The notes beneath the pieces were generated by a model, which saw only the letters and a list, made by a program, of their open reading frames with translations, did not search any database and was not told the origin of the DNA. A stretch of DNA of 64,000 bases from Bacteroidales bacterium. GTDB taxonomy: Bacteria; Bacteroidota; Bacteroidia; Bacteroidales; VadinHA17. The position numbers and the translations under genes are program-made. Positions 19,953 through 29,589 of the stretch are shown piece by piece. Each line of letters starts with the position of its first letter. Position 1 is the first letter of the stretch. The stretch is taken from assembly GCA_041686075.1 (NCBI GenBank), contig JAWLEO010000012.1, positions 9,659 to 73,658 of the forward strand, written 5' to 3'.

Positions 19953-22900
19953 TCAGGGAACCCTCGTTCCTATAACCAGGATATCATCAACCTGACTGAA
20001 CCCTTCCATCCAATTATCAAGTGTTTTAAGTAACTGTTCTTTTTGCTGGTTCATTGGTAAATGAGAGATTTTCAGCAGCTCTTTTTTAAGGTTTACAAAC
20101 TTAAATTTCTTACCTCCAGGGCCACCGAACTGGTCGGCATAACCATCTGAAAAAATATACAGGTTATCCCCAGACCGGATATCAACTTCTACATTGGTGA
20201 ATTTCTTTTCACGCGCTGTAGCCATACCAATAGGGAACCTGTTGCCTTTAATTGTAATTACCTCTCCATCCCTTATTATAACAAGTGGATTATATGCACC
20301 TGCGTATTCCAGTTTTTTATGCTTCTTGTCATAAGCTATGAGTGCAAGGTCCATTCCATCACTGATAACCTCATCGCCCCTCTGGATTAATGACCTGCTT
20401 ACTTCCACATTAAGCTGGTCCAGTATTGCAGCAGGGCGTGTTATACCGTATTCCCTAACTATTTTGGTCAATGAATTATGTCCTATTATCGACATAAAGG
20501 CACCCGGGACACCATGACCGGTACAGTCAACCGCTGCAATAAACTGAACATCCCCGTTGTCATGCATCCAGTAAAAATCGCCACTTACTATATCCTTAGG
20601 TAAAAATAATACGAAGGTGTCATTAAAGCTGTCTTCAGGGGGTAGCATGGCCATCTGTATTCTTTCTGCATACCTTATGCTGGCAGTTATATCCCTGTTC
20701 TTTTCTTCAATGACCATACTCTTCTGGACGACTTCGGCAGTGCGTTCCTCAACCTTTTCTTCCAGTATTCTTTTTTCACGTACAAGGTTCCCTTCCCGGA
20801 TCCTTATGTATAGCATCACGGCTACCGCCACTAATATTACCACAAATATTATGAACCAGGGACTTGCATAAAAGGGAGGCCTTATGATAAAGTCAAAGCT
20901 CACGGGTTCTTCATTCCAGATACCATCACTATTTTGTGCCTTTACCTTGAAAGTATACCTGCCCGGCGACAGTGATGAGTATATTGCCGTTGTCTGTTCC
21001 GTTTCAGGTCTCCACTCGGGGTCAGCCCCCTCCAGCATCACCTGGTAGCTAACGGCTTCAGGATTTGTAAGGCATACACTGTAATAATTAAAGGTAATGT
21101 TTTTTTCGGTGTGCCTCAGGCGCATGCCGGGTGTCATCTCCCTTTCCTCAAAGTTAACCATAATACCCTTTATATGGGTTAGGGGATTAAGATCGGGAGG
21201 AGGTATATTCTCAGGAACCAGCTCCGTAGCACCATTTGCAGTCCCAAACCATAAATGACCTTTGCTGTCAAGAAAAGAGGCATTCTGCTTGGTTTCAATA
21301 CCTACAAATCCATTTTCCTCAGTATAGGTGTTAATGGTCCCGGTTTCAATATTCAGGCTGTTTAAACCAAGATTGGTACCGATATACAAGACTCCCCTGT
21401 TATCGCACTGCAAGAGGTTGATATTGTTGGAAAGCAAGCCGTCATCCATCGTCAGGTGAAGATCTATTGTGTCGTTCTTCAGCCCCAGGACCCCATATTG
21501 TGTCCCCAGCCATATTGTTCCGTCATTTGTCTCCGTTATACTGGTGGGTATCAGGTTATTATCAAGGTTCAATATTTCAAACGTATCTTTAGCGGGAATA
21601 TACCGGGTTATGGCATTTACCTCTTCCGAGCCTATCCATACAATACCGTTGCTATCTACATACAATGAACTTATCCTGTTGTTAGCAAGGCCGTCATACT
21701 GTGTGTATCTTCTTCCTTCCTCACCCTTGATATCCCAGACAGCCACTCCGTCATTTGTACCTATCCAGAGTCTATTGTTATTGTCAACTACAAGTCCATT
21801 GACTATAAGGTCCCGGTAAAGAATATTATTTAATTTGTAATCATAGATAAAATCATTTTTATTAAAGTTATATCTGAAAACGCCCCTGTCATTGGTGCCA
21901 ACCCATAAATTCTGGTTTTTATCATTTACAATATACCTTATCTGGTCGGATATATTATGAGTCTCCCCATAATAAAAGAGGGGCAGGCCAAGCTCAGGAT
22001 CATATAAAGTTATTCCTTCGTTAGTTCCAAACCAGTATCTCCCATGCTTATCTTCTGAGATGGACCATACCGTTTTATCCCTGAACATATTTTCGGAGAT
22101 ATAATTTATAAAATGATCGCCTTTAAATACCTGTATTCCATTATTCTGGCTTGTGATTATAATATTACCTTCCCTATCTTCCATTATACTCTGGATTGCC
22201 ATGGCAGGGAGGCCGTTTTTCTCATTATAGGTCTGCATCTCCTCACCTTTAAATACGGTTATTCCTCCACCAAAAGTACCCACCCATACATGCCCGCCAC
22301 TATCCTCGGTAATGCAGCTTATGAAATTATGCGCCAGCCCGTCCCTTGCATCATAAATTACAGGTTCTTCCTCCCCGGGCGGAAAATAATATAATCCCCC
22401 GTTATGTGTTCCGAACCATCTGCCACCCCTGCTGTCTTCCAACATGGTAGTGGTAATGAAAAAAGTCGTAAGACCTTGAGGTCTGTATGATTCAAAACTA
22501 TCATCTTCAGGCTTGTAACTTTTTATACCCATGTCGGCTATGCAGTATAGGACGCCGCTTTTATCAATGTAAATATTAAAAACCTGGTCGCTTAAGCCCT
22601 GGCCCCCTCTGTATTGTTTTACCTTAAGTGTACTTACTTCCTCTTCGGGAAAGTCAGTAGATAATGCCCCACCCGAACTTGTTATAATCCAGAGTTTGTC
22701 ATTGTGTTCAATGATCCCTGTAATATCTCCTTTTATTTCGAGGGTATCAAAATCAATGATCCGGAAAGTATTATTTTCATAACATGTCAATCTGCCATTA
22801 AGGTGTCCCATCCATAATCTTCCCGTATGATCTTCATATATTGTACGTACACCTCCTATTGCAAGACCGTCATCGCTGGAAAAATTTTCAAACTCCGATC

Positions 22901-23123
22901 CGTCCCACCTCGTAACACCGCTTTCAGTTGCAAGCCAGAGGTAATCGTTTTCACCCTGCACTATATCATAAACTTTCGACGAGCTCAATCCTTCCGACAC
23001 ACCGTAGCTGTCAAAATAATAAACCTGTGATGATGAACGGTGAACACTAAGAGATAAAAGAATGATCATCAGGCCAAAAGACCTGATGATCATTCTTTGC
23101 AAATAAGAATTTTTCTTATTCAT
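19953..23123 (-). CDS. Membrane sensor: periplasmic two-component-regulator beta-propeller repeats + Y_Y_Y domain, TM helix, cytoplasmic PP2C/SpoIIE Ser/Thr phosphatase
   Basis: 1056 aa with an N-terminal signal/anchor and many W(L/I/V)GT...G(L/V) propeller repeats. The Y_Y_Y region is YQVMLEGADPEWR...GRYTFKVKAQN and the TM helix is WFIIFVVILVAVAVMLYI. SpoIIE motifs include SGDFYW, DCTGHGVPGA and DGYADQFGG. Confidence 0.85.
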   Translation of the reverse strand: MNKKNSYLQRMIIRSFGLMIILLSLSVHRSSSQVYYFDSYGVSEGLSSSKVYDIVQGENDYLWLATESGVTRWDGSEFENFSSDDGLAIGGVRTIYEDHTGRLWMGHLNGRLTCYENNTFRIIDFDTLEIKGDITGIIEHNDKLWIITSSGGALSTDFPEEEVSTLKVKQYRGGQGLSDQVFNIYIDKSGVLYCIADMGIKSYKPEDDSFESYRPQGLTTFFITTTMLEDSRGGRWFGTHNGGLYYFPPGEEEPVIYDARDGLAHNFISCITEDSGGHVWVGTFGGGITVFKGEEMQTYNEKNGLPAMAIQSIMEDREGNIIITSQNNGIQVFKGDHFINYISENMFRDKTVWSISEDKHGRYWFGTNEGITLYDPELGLPLFYYGETHNISDQIRYIVNDKNQNLWVGTNDRGVFRYNFNKNDFIYDYKLNNILYRDLIVNGLVVDNNNRLWIGTNDGVAVWDIKGEEGRRYTQYDGLANNRISSLYVDSNGIVWIGSEEVNAITRYIPAKDTFEILNLDNNLIPTSITETNDGTIWLGTQYGVLGLKNDTIDLHLTMDDGLLSNNINLLQCDNRGVLYIGTNLGLNSLNIETGTINTYTEENGFVGIETKQNASFLDSKGHLWFGTANGATELVPENIPPPDLNPLTHIKGIMVNFEEREMTPGMRLRHTEKNITFNYYSVCLTNPEAVSYQVMLEGADPEWRPETEQTTAIYSSLSPGRYTFKVKAQNSDGIWNEEPVSFDFIIRPPFYASPWFIIFVVILVAVAVMLYIRIREGNLVREKRILEEKVEERTAEVVQKSMVIEEKNRDITASIRYAERIQMAMLPPEDSFNDTFVLFLPKDIVSGDFYWMHDNGDVQFIAAVDCTGHGVPGAFMSIIGHNSLTKIVREYGITRPAAILDQLNVEVSRSLIQRGDEVISDGMDLALIAYDKKHKKLEYAGAYNPLVIIRDGEVITIKGNRFPIGMATAREKKFTNVEVDIRSGDNLYIFSDGYADQFGGPGGKKFKFVNLKKELLKISHLPMNQQKEQLLKTLDNWMEGFSQVDDILVIGTRVP

Positions 23124-23129
23124 AGAGCG

Positions 23130-25469
23130 CTATTTTGCAATAAAGAAGAATGTTGCCTCTTCATGATGTTCCAGTCCGGTAATCTGACCGAATTTGGGTT
23201 TCTGCTTTTCGGAATTTGTAAATGCCACTGAAACGTTCATTACTATTTCTTCGATTGGGATACAAGCTTCGGGGCTGCTTTCAAGTGTTCTGGCAAAGGT
23301 ACGGGTGAATTCAGAGTCATCGGAGGCAAGTTGGCGTTCCGCCGACATAAATACCTGGGCCGATTTGTTCTGTGTTGCTCTCCAGTCGCTGCAACTTTTA
23401 ATGGTTGGTGCAGTGCGCATTGCCGTGTAAAAGCTCGGTCCGGATTCACAGGCATCTGTTACCACCAGTGTATGCGTCAATATGTTGGTGTATGGTTCCA
23501 TTGCCGCCCTGAGGGTGTTAATATTAAAATAGGTAAACTCATCATCTCTACTTGCATCTACAGGGATCCAGTAGCCCACGTCATTAACAAATTTACCATG
23601 GCCTGCATACCATATAAGAAGGGAGTTAACCTGGTTTGCCTTTACCATATCCCTGAGTTCAATGGAAAAGAACTTTTCCATCTCTTTCTTTGTCAGGTCT
23701 TTCTCATGGATAATGTTATTTACCTGGTAATTGGCCAGTGCACTCTTCATAAGGTTAACATCCTTAACCGGTCCGTCAAGGCTAGCAAAAGATTCGTAGT
23801 TTGAATTTTCAACGAACACCACCCATGTTTTGCCCATCGGGTTGTCAGCAGAGATAGCTGCGCCCTGCCTGTTAAGTGTGAAAGTGGTTTCCTGCCTGTT
23901 TTCGAAGACATCCTCAGCGATAACGGTTATCTTATCCTTATTAAGTATATCGATGGTGGCTGTAAAAGTAGGATTTTTCTGTTCAACAGGATAACTTGCG
24001 GTAACCCCTTCAATGAAAATTGATTTTATAAGGCTGTTATCTGATATTTTACCCTGTATAAAGAGGTTCCGGTTATTATGGTTAAGATATATCTGGTTGT
24101 CATCACCTGCATATGGTGCCAGTATAGATATTTCCGGCGGACTGATCTCCGTCCTGACAATGGTATACTTTAAATCTGTTGTGTTACCATAATCATCTGT
24201 TGTCACCAGGTTAATTGTTTCAACATCCTCAATATCAAGATTCGCCAGGAATTCATATTTCCCCTCAGATCCTTTTTCAAACAGGGATTCATGGTCATTG
24301 ATCACAAGGGATTTAAGAGGGCTTTTTTCGCTTATGGTACCTGAGATCATCAAAGTCTCAGCATCTCCCCTTACTTCTATGGTTGAGCCAGTTATTACAG
24401 GGCTTGTTATCTCTACTTCCGGAGGTACATTCTCCCTGTTAATCTCATAAAGCCTTTTCTCAGCTTCACTCAGCAATTGTCGTGCCTCCTGGTCAAATTC
24501 AGCAAGCTCAGTAATGGTAGAATAGTCTTTGACTGCCTTTTCATAATCCATAATTTCCTCATATGAATTTGCCCTCTTGTAATAATAATCGGGATCTGAT
24601 GAATTCAATGATATTGCCTTCGTAAAATCATTTATGGCATTGGGATGCTGGTTGAATTCCCGGTAATAAGTACCCCTGGTAAGATAGTGCTCAGGGTTCT
24701 CGGGCTCGAGGAGTATATTTTTGGAAATATCATTTATGGCCGCTGGATAATCCAGTTGCTTAATATATATCTTACTTCTCACGACGTAGGCCGAAGTGTT
24801 CCTGTCATCACGACTGATAATCTCAGAGCAATGACTCATTGCTTCCTCCAATTCACCTGTCCTGACAAGGAGGTCTGCAAGTGCCAGCCTGGCATCTGTA
24901 AAGTTCCTGTTTTTTCTGACCGCTTTCTCGAAATCCCTCCTTGCACGTATATCATCATTAAGCTTTTCGTAAACAAGGCCGCGCTGATAGTAATTTATAT
25001 CATCCTCCCTAAAAAGCATAGCTGTGTCAGACACTTTCAAGGCCTGCTCGTATTGCCCCAATGCGAGTAGTGTTTTCACTTTCTCAGGGTAGATCTTGGC
25101 CTCCCTTTTTGCAACCTTGCTCGCATGGTTAAGATGCCGCAGTGCCTGTTCATACTTAGCCATTTTATTACTTACCCTGCCGAGCAAATAAAGGATATCC
25201 TCTTCATCGGGATCGAACACCTTGGCCTTTTCATAGTCAGAATAGGCAGTCTCTAACTTATCAATTTCCTCCAGCGCTTTTCCGCGCTCAATGTAAAGGT
25301 CAATTTTGGTAGGTTTCAACTCAATGGCATGAGTGTATTGCTCAATTGCGTCCTCATATTTGCCACTCTCGACGAATTTTTCAGCAGCCCTTCTGAACTT
25401 CCTGAAATTTTGGCCGTTAAGTGTGCTTGCCAGAGTTATCAATACAAGAAAAGTAACGAATTTTCTCAT
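23130..25469 (-). CDS. Secreted TPR-repeat protein with C-terminal caspase-like (peptidase C14) domain
   Basis: 779 aa. After the signal peptide MRKFVTFLVLITLASTLNGQ come ~9 TPR units (aa ~30-340) and a middle beta-rich region. The C-terminal domain has the caspase His/Cys dyad contexts LLIWYAGHGKF and LVVTDACESGPSF. Confidence 0.75.
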   Translation of the reverse strand: MRKFVTFLVLITLASTLNGQNFRKFRRAAEKFVESGKYEDAIEQYTHAIELKPTKIDLYIERGKALEEIDKLETAYSDYEKAKVFDPDEEDILYLLGRVSNKMAKYEQALRHLNHASKVAKREAKIYPEKVKTLLALGQYEQALKVSDTAMLFREDDINYYQRGLVYEKLNDDIRARRDFEKAVRKNRNFTDARLALADLLVRTGELEEAMSHCSEIISRDDRNTSAYVVRSKIYIKQLDYPAAINDISKNILLEPENPEHYLTRGTYYREFNQHPNAINDFTKAISLNSSDPDYYYKRANSYEEIMDYEKAVKDYSTITELAEFDQEARQLLSEAEKRLYEINRENVPPEVEITSPVITGSTIEVRGDAETLMISGTISEKSPLKSLVINDHESLFEKGSEGKYEFLANLDIEDVETINLVTTDDYGNTTDLKYTIVRTEISPPEISILAPYAGDDNQIYLNHNNRNLFIQGKISDNSLIKSIFIEGVTASYPVEQKNPTFTATIDILNKDKITVIAEDVFENRQETTFTLNRQGAAISADNPMGKTWVVFVENSNYESFASLDGPVKDVNLMKSALANYQVNNIIHEKDLTKKEMEKFFSIELRDMVKANQVNSLLIWYAGHGKFVNDVGYWIPVDASRDDEFTYFNINTLRAAMEPYTNILTHTLVVTDACESGPSFYTAMRTAPTIKSCSDWRATQNKSAQVFMSAERQLASDDSEFTRTFARTLESSPEACIPIEEIVMNVSVAFTNSEKQKPKFGQITGLEHHEEATFFFIAK

Positions 25470-25618
25470 GACGGTTATGTTTTTTACTTATTCTCTTTTA
25501 TACGCAGTAATTTACCAAAAGATACAGCGGAGAAATGTAGCCAGGTAATATTCCTCCCCATCATTATTTTTTCTGACATTACCAAAGTTAATATTTTTTT
25601 TTATTATCTGTCTATCCT

Positions 25619-26671
25619 TCAATCAATACGGGGAATTATGCATTCAAGCCTGCTACCGGTAAATTTTCGCTCATATTTCACCTTGCCCTCAATCAGAGGA
25701 GCTTTCAGTCCTTCACCAAAAACAACTTTTCCGGTAAAAACCCTGGCTTCATCCCATAAGCCTTGATTAATAAACTGCGACAGGACAATACAACCACCTT
25801 CAACGATTACTGATTGTATTTCTTCCTTATAGAAAAATGACATTATTTCCTCCAGTGCCGTCTCACGGCTGTTAAGATGTACATACTCCGCCTTCCCTGC
25901 CCTTTTCTTATTGCTTGTGCTAAAAATCACGGCAGGTGGTTCTCCCCTGAATATTTTCAGGCCGGGGGGGAGATTTGAAGTTTCATTTAATACAATCCTC
26001 CGAGGGCTTGCTCCTCCCCATAATCTGACATCAAGAGAGGGGTCATCATTGCAGGCTGTTTTATCACCAATAAGTATTGCATCCTCCTCCGATCGCCATT
26101 TATGTACCAATGTTCTTTCTTCTATGCCGGTGATCCAATTCGGCCCTTTTTCATTATTCAATCTGAACCTGTCAATATAACCATCAGAGCTCCGGGCCCA
26201 TTTGAGAATGATATAGGGCCTCTTCTTTTCATGAAAAGTGAAAAATCTTTTATTCAATTCACGGTTTTCCTTTTCAAGAATACCACTTACAACATCAAGC
26301 CCCGCCTCCCGGAGCATTCTTATTCCCCTTCCTCCCACCCTGATGCTTGGGTCAACGGAACCGACCACTACATGTGGTATCTTTTCCCGTATTATTCTCT
26401 TTGCACACGGAGGGGTGCGTCCTTGATGCGAACAGGGTTCAAGGTTTACATACATTGTTGCTTTTTCCAGTAATCGTTTTTCCCTGACGGAATCAATAGC
26501 CCTTACCTCGGCATGTGCTTCACCGGCCCTGGTATGATAACCTTCACCTATTATCCGGTTTTCGTGAACGATCACAGCTCCCACAAGTGGATTAGGGCTT
26601 GTATTGCCTGTAGCCAATGATGCCAGATCAATCGCCCTCTTCATGTATTTTATTTCATTCCTGGCTGCCAT
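25619..26671 (-). CDS. ribD: Bifunctional riboflavin biosynthesis deaminase/reductase
   Basis: 350 aa with the CMP/dCMP deaminase zinc motif HAEVRA...PCSHQGRTPPC, followed by a RibD C-terminal reductase domain. Confidence 0.92.
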   Translation of the reverse strand: MAARNEIKYMKRAIDLASLATGNTSPNPLVGAVIVHENRIIGEGYHTRAGEAHAEVRAIDSVREKRLLEKATMYVNLEPCSHQGRTPPCAKRIIREKIPHVVVGSVDPSIRVGGRGIRMLREAGLDVVSGILEKENRELNKRFFTFHEKKRPYIILKWARSSDGYIDRFRLNNEKGPNWITGIEERTLVHKWRSEEDAILIGDKTACNDDPSLDVRLWGGASPRRIVLNETSNLPPGLKIFRGEPPAVIFSTSNKKRAGKAEYVHLNSRETALEEIMSFFYKEEIQSVIVEGGCIVLSQFINQGLWDEARVFTGKVVFGEGLKAPLIEGKVKYERKFTGSRLECIIPRID

Positions 26672-26699
26672 AAAAACATATTATGCTAATTTTGATAAT

Positions 26700-27563
26700 A
26701 TGAACCATGAAAAGTTAACCATCAGTTCTGTCCGCCAATACCTGCGGAATAAGCTGGCACCCTACTACCCGGAAGGAGAACTGAGTGCCATAATAATCAT
26801 AATACTGAGTTATATCAGCAGAAAAAACCGCACCTTCGTCCTGGGCCATCCACAGTATGAAATACCATCATATACCTGGTTTAAAGTTAAAAAAATAGTT
26901 TCTGATCTTAAAAATATGATTCCTGTTCAGTATATAACCGGAGAAACCGAATTTTACGGCATAAAATTAAAGGTCACAGAAGACACACTGATACCCAGGC
27001 AGGAAACCGAAGAACTGGTAGATCACATAATTAAGGAAAACAAAGAACCGTCACCGAAAATACTGGATATAGGAACGGGAACGGGCTGTATAGCAATAAG
27101 CCTTGCTCTTAACATGAATAAAGCAATTGTTACAGCCACCGATAAATCGAATGAAGCACTCGAAATAGCAGCTTTGAATGCAAAAAGAAATTCTGCAGTG
27201 ATAAATTTCATTCATGATGATATGTTAAACCCGGTGACCCTCAAATACGGAAAGTATGATCTTGTGGTTTGTAATCCACCCTATATAACTGAATCGGAAA
27301 AGATTGCCATGCCTGAAAACGTACTTGACCATGAGCCACATGACGCCCTCTTTGTCCCCGATAACGATGCTTTGATCTACTACAGGGCTGTCCTGGATCT
27401 TTGTAAAAATGTATTAAAAAGAGGTTCTTGCTTATATTTTGAAATAAATGAAAACAAAGCAGGGGAAATGAAAGATCTTTTATTAGCTTACGGATATATA
27501 AACATAGAAGTCATACATGACATTAACGGTAAGCCCCGCATAACCAAAAGCACTAAAGCATGA
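26700..27563 (+). CDS. prmC: Release-factor glutamine N5-methyltransferase
   Basis: SAM motif ILDIGTGTGCIAISLA and NPPY motif VCNPPYI. The track start at 26604 overlaps ribD, and the ATG at 26700 fits better. Confidence 0.85.
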   Translation: MNHEKLTISSVRQYLRNKLAPYYPEGELSAIIIIILSYISRKNRTFVLGHPQYEIPSYTWFKVKKIVSDLKNMIPVQYITGETEFYGIKLKVTEDTLIPRQETEELVDHIIKENKEPSPKILDIGTGTGCIAISLALNMNKAIVTATDKSNEALEIAALNAKRNSAVINFIHDDMLNPVTLKYGKYDLVVCNPPYITESEKIAMPENVLDHEPHDALFVPDNDALIYYRAVLDLCKNVLKRGSCLYFEINENKAGEMKDLLLAYGYINIEVIHDINGKPRITKSTKA

Positions 27564-28027
27564 GGGATGATAATTACAGGAAAGCTATTGAAAGGGCTAT
27601 GGCTATCTGTAGCAAAAGTGAGAAATGCATAAGTGAAATACAGGATAAGCTTATCCAATGGAAGCTAACTTCAGAAAAAGAAAATAAAGCCATAATAAAG
27701 GAACTGGTTGATAATAAATTCATAGATGAAAGGAGATATGCGGAATCATATGCAAGAGATAAATACCGTTTTAATAAATGGGGGAAAATAAAGATAAGGG
27801 CCATGCTGAAGAAACGCGGCATCAGTGAAAAGGATATTGAGCGTGGACTGGAAACAATAGACCATGATGCATATGTGAGTATGATTGAAGAGGAGATGGC
27901 CAACAAGAAAAATTCAATAAAGGCCAGGAATCTTTTTGACCTCAAGGGTAAACTCTACCGCTTTGCAGGATCCAGGGGTTATGAAAATGAATATGTTTAC
28001 GATTTCATTAATAAATTGGGTTCTTAA
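27560..28027 (+). CDS. recX: RecX-family regulatory protein
   Basis: 155 aa of helical repeats typical of RecX (DERRYAESYARDKYRFNKWGKIKI). Its ATGA start overlaps the prmC stop. Confidence 0.7.
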   Translation: MRDDNYRKAIERAMAICSKSEKCISEIQDKLIQWKLTSEKENKAIIKELVDNKFIDERRYAESYARDKYRFNKWGKIKIRAMLKKRGISEKDIERGLETIDHDAYVSMIEEEMANKKNSIKARNLFDLKGKLYRFAGSRGYENEYVYDFINKLGS

Positions 28028-28509
28028 AACAGCAATTTAAGGTAATATATAAAAAACTGTCTGAATGCCAGTATGAAGGTTATAATGGCCAGGACCGAGT
28101 CTAAAATAGCTAACTGTCTCACATAAAGTGGCTTACGTAATAAATACACGATGTTTGAGATCCGCATAAGCAGGTGGAAGGCGAAGAAAAGAAATATTCT
28201 TATTCCGTACTCGTTGAACCTTTCTGCAGCGTCAAGATCGCCCCTAATGATATATGAGAAACTTCTTGACAGGCCACACGAAGGGCATGGCTCGCCTGTA
28301 ATCTGCTCATGTATACATACTATGGGATAACTATTCTTCTCCGGGGATATAATGCCGGAATATATAAATATAATGACTATTATTCCGGCAAATATTGCAT
28401 TTATAATAAGGTAGTTCCTTCTCTCGTTTGCAGGCACCGGTGTATTCTTATTGTTGCCCTGTAGTATCTTCCTTTTCTGTTTCTTCCTGCTCCAGTTCAA
28501 CTCCTTCAA
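28024..28509 (-). CDS. DUF2752-family membrane protein
   Basis: CPSCGLSRSF motif and 3-4 TM helices. The start is uncertain because the track start is a TTG that overlaps the upstream gene by 62 nt. Confidence 0.6.
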   Translation of the reverse strand: MKELNWSRKKQKRKILQGNNKNTPVPANERRNYLIINAIFAGIIVIIFIYSGIISPEKNSYPIVCIHEQITGEPCPSCGLSRSFSYIIRGDLDAAERFNEYGIRIFLFFAFHLLMRISNIVYLLRKPLYVRQLAILDSVLAIITFILAFRQFFIYYLKLLF

Positions 28510-28951
28510 GTTTCTCCAGTTTATCCCGAAGGTCTTCCTTTTTTGCCGATCCTTCTATTTCTATTTTATCATTTCCATCTTCAATGGTAATCTTAAAATC
28601 GCCTGATTCAAAATCTTCCCTGATATCTTGTTCAACATCCTCGACAGCTTCTTTAATACTTTCACCTATGTCATCTAGTTGTGTGGAAAATCCCGCGACA
28701 AATACAAACTGTGAAATTGATATGAGCAGTGCCAGGGCACCGGTAACAAGGCCACCTATTCCAGGGCCCTTAGGAGCCTTAACCCTTGAAGCCTGGGAAA
28801 TTCCTATAGCTCCAAGTACTATTGCCACAACGGCGGTAAAAAATGCCATTAGGCCAATACAGGGAATAAAGGCTACTACAATACTTATAATCCCCATTAT
28901 CAGGGCAGCAACGCCCATCCCATAACCTGTGTTTGTTCTGTTCTCTTGCAT
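28448..28951 (-). CDS. Small membrane protein (DUF4190-like) with acidic C-terminal tail
   Basis: Two or three TM helices (VAALIMGIISIVVAFIPCIGLMAFFTAVVAIVLGAIGI) are followed by an E/D-rich tail. Confidence 0.5.
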   Translation of the reverse strand: MQENRTNTGYGMGVAALIMGIISIVVAFIPCIGLMAFFTAVVAIVLGAIGISQASRVKAPKGPGIGGLVTGALALLISISQFVFVAGFSTQLDDIGESIKEAVEDVEQDIREDFESGDFKITIEDGNDKIEIEGSAKKEDLRDKLEKLEGVELEQEETEKEDTTGQQ

Positions 28952-28968
28952 GATTATTCGGTTTTATA

Positions 28969-29529
28969 CTATTGTTTTCTATTTTCTCTTTTGTTTAATA
29001 TTCCTAACATATCTTTTTCTAAAGACGTTTCAGGATATTCAATGATGCGTCCGGCTTCAACTTTATCAATATAAAAGATAAAAGTGGGTACCCTTTCAAT
29101 ATTTAATGAATCATAATTATGCAATGGTGCCTCCTTGTAAGAATCAACCCCTATGAACCTTATCCTGTCCCAGTCATAAGACAGTGCTTCAACGATTTTT
29201 ATAAACCTTGGCACTTCACGCCTGCTGTCTGAACACCAGGTACCCAGCACTATTGTTATACTGAGACTGTCAATATCAATATTTGCCAGCTCAATAAACG
29301 CTTCATCGTCAATAGTATAATTATTAAACTCCCTGTCGAACCAGTAGCCATGCGGTTCGTTTAACATCGCACTGTAAGTGAAATCACCGAGTAACCAGGT
29401 CTGTGGGTCTGTGTAATCAGCTTCCCCCTCCTCCTGGCCCCACAAAGAAGCATTAATTGCTGCCATTAAGAAGAATAACATTAGCAGACTTCTGGTCGTA
29501 GACTTTGCTATTTGAATGTTGCATCTCAT
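28969..29529 (-). CDS. Exported thioredoxin-fold protein
   Basis: 186 aa with a signal peptide. GTWCSDSRREVPRF (WCxxS) lies in a thioredoxin-like context, followed by VPTFIFY. Confidence 0.55.
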   Translation of the reverse strand: MRCNIQIAKSTTRSLLMLFFLMAAINASLWGQEEGEADYTDPQTWLLGDFTYSAMLNEPHGYWFDREFNNYTIDDEAFIELANIDIDSLSITIVLGTWCSDSRREVPRFIKIVEALSYDWDRIRFIGVDSYKEAPLHNYDSLNIERVPTFIFYIDKVEAGRIIEYPETSLEKDMLGILNKRENRKQ

Positions 29530-29589
29530 GATGCCAATTTACTATAAAATTACCAGAAGAGCCACTTATTGGGATTTTTTCCTTAACCG

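Noticed and set aside
26604-26699. N-terminal 32-aa extension of prmC overlapping the ribD start
   Set aside because: The extension has no homology-like features and overlaps the divergent ribD coding start. The ATG at 26700 gives a normal PrmC N-terminus.
26672-26699. FMN riboswitch upstream of ribD
   Set aside because: Only ~28 nt separate ribD from the divergent prmC start, which is far too short for an FMN aptamer.
28428-28925. 165-aa S/P-rich plus-strand ORF
   Set aside because: It is antisense to the DUF4190-like membrane protein and the DUF2752 gene. Its composition is the mirror of their TM and acidic segments.
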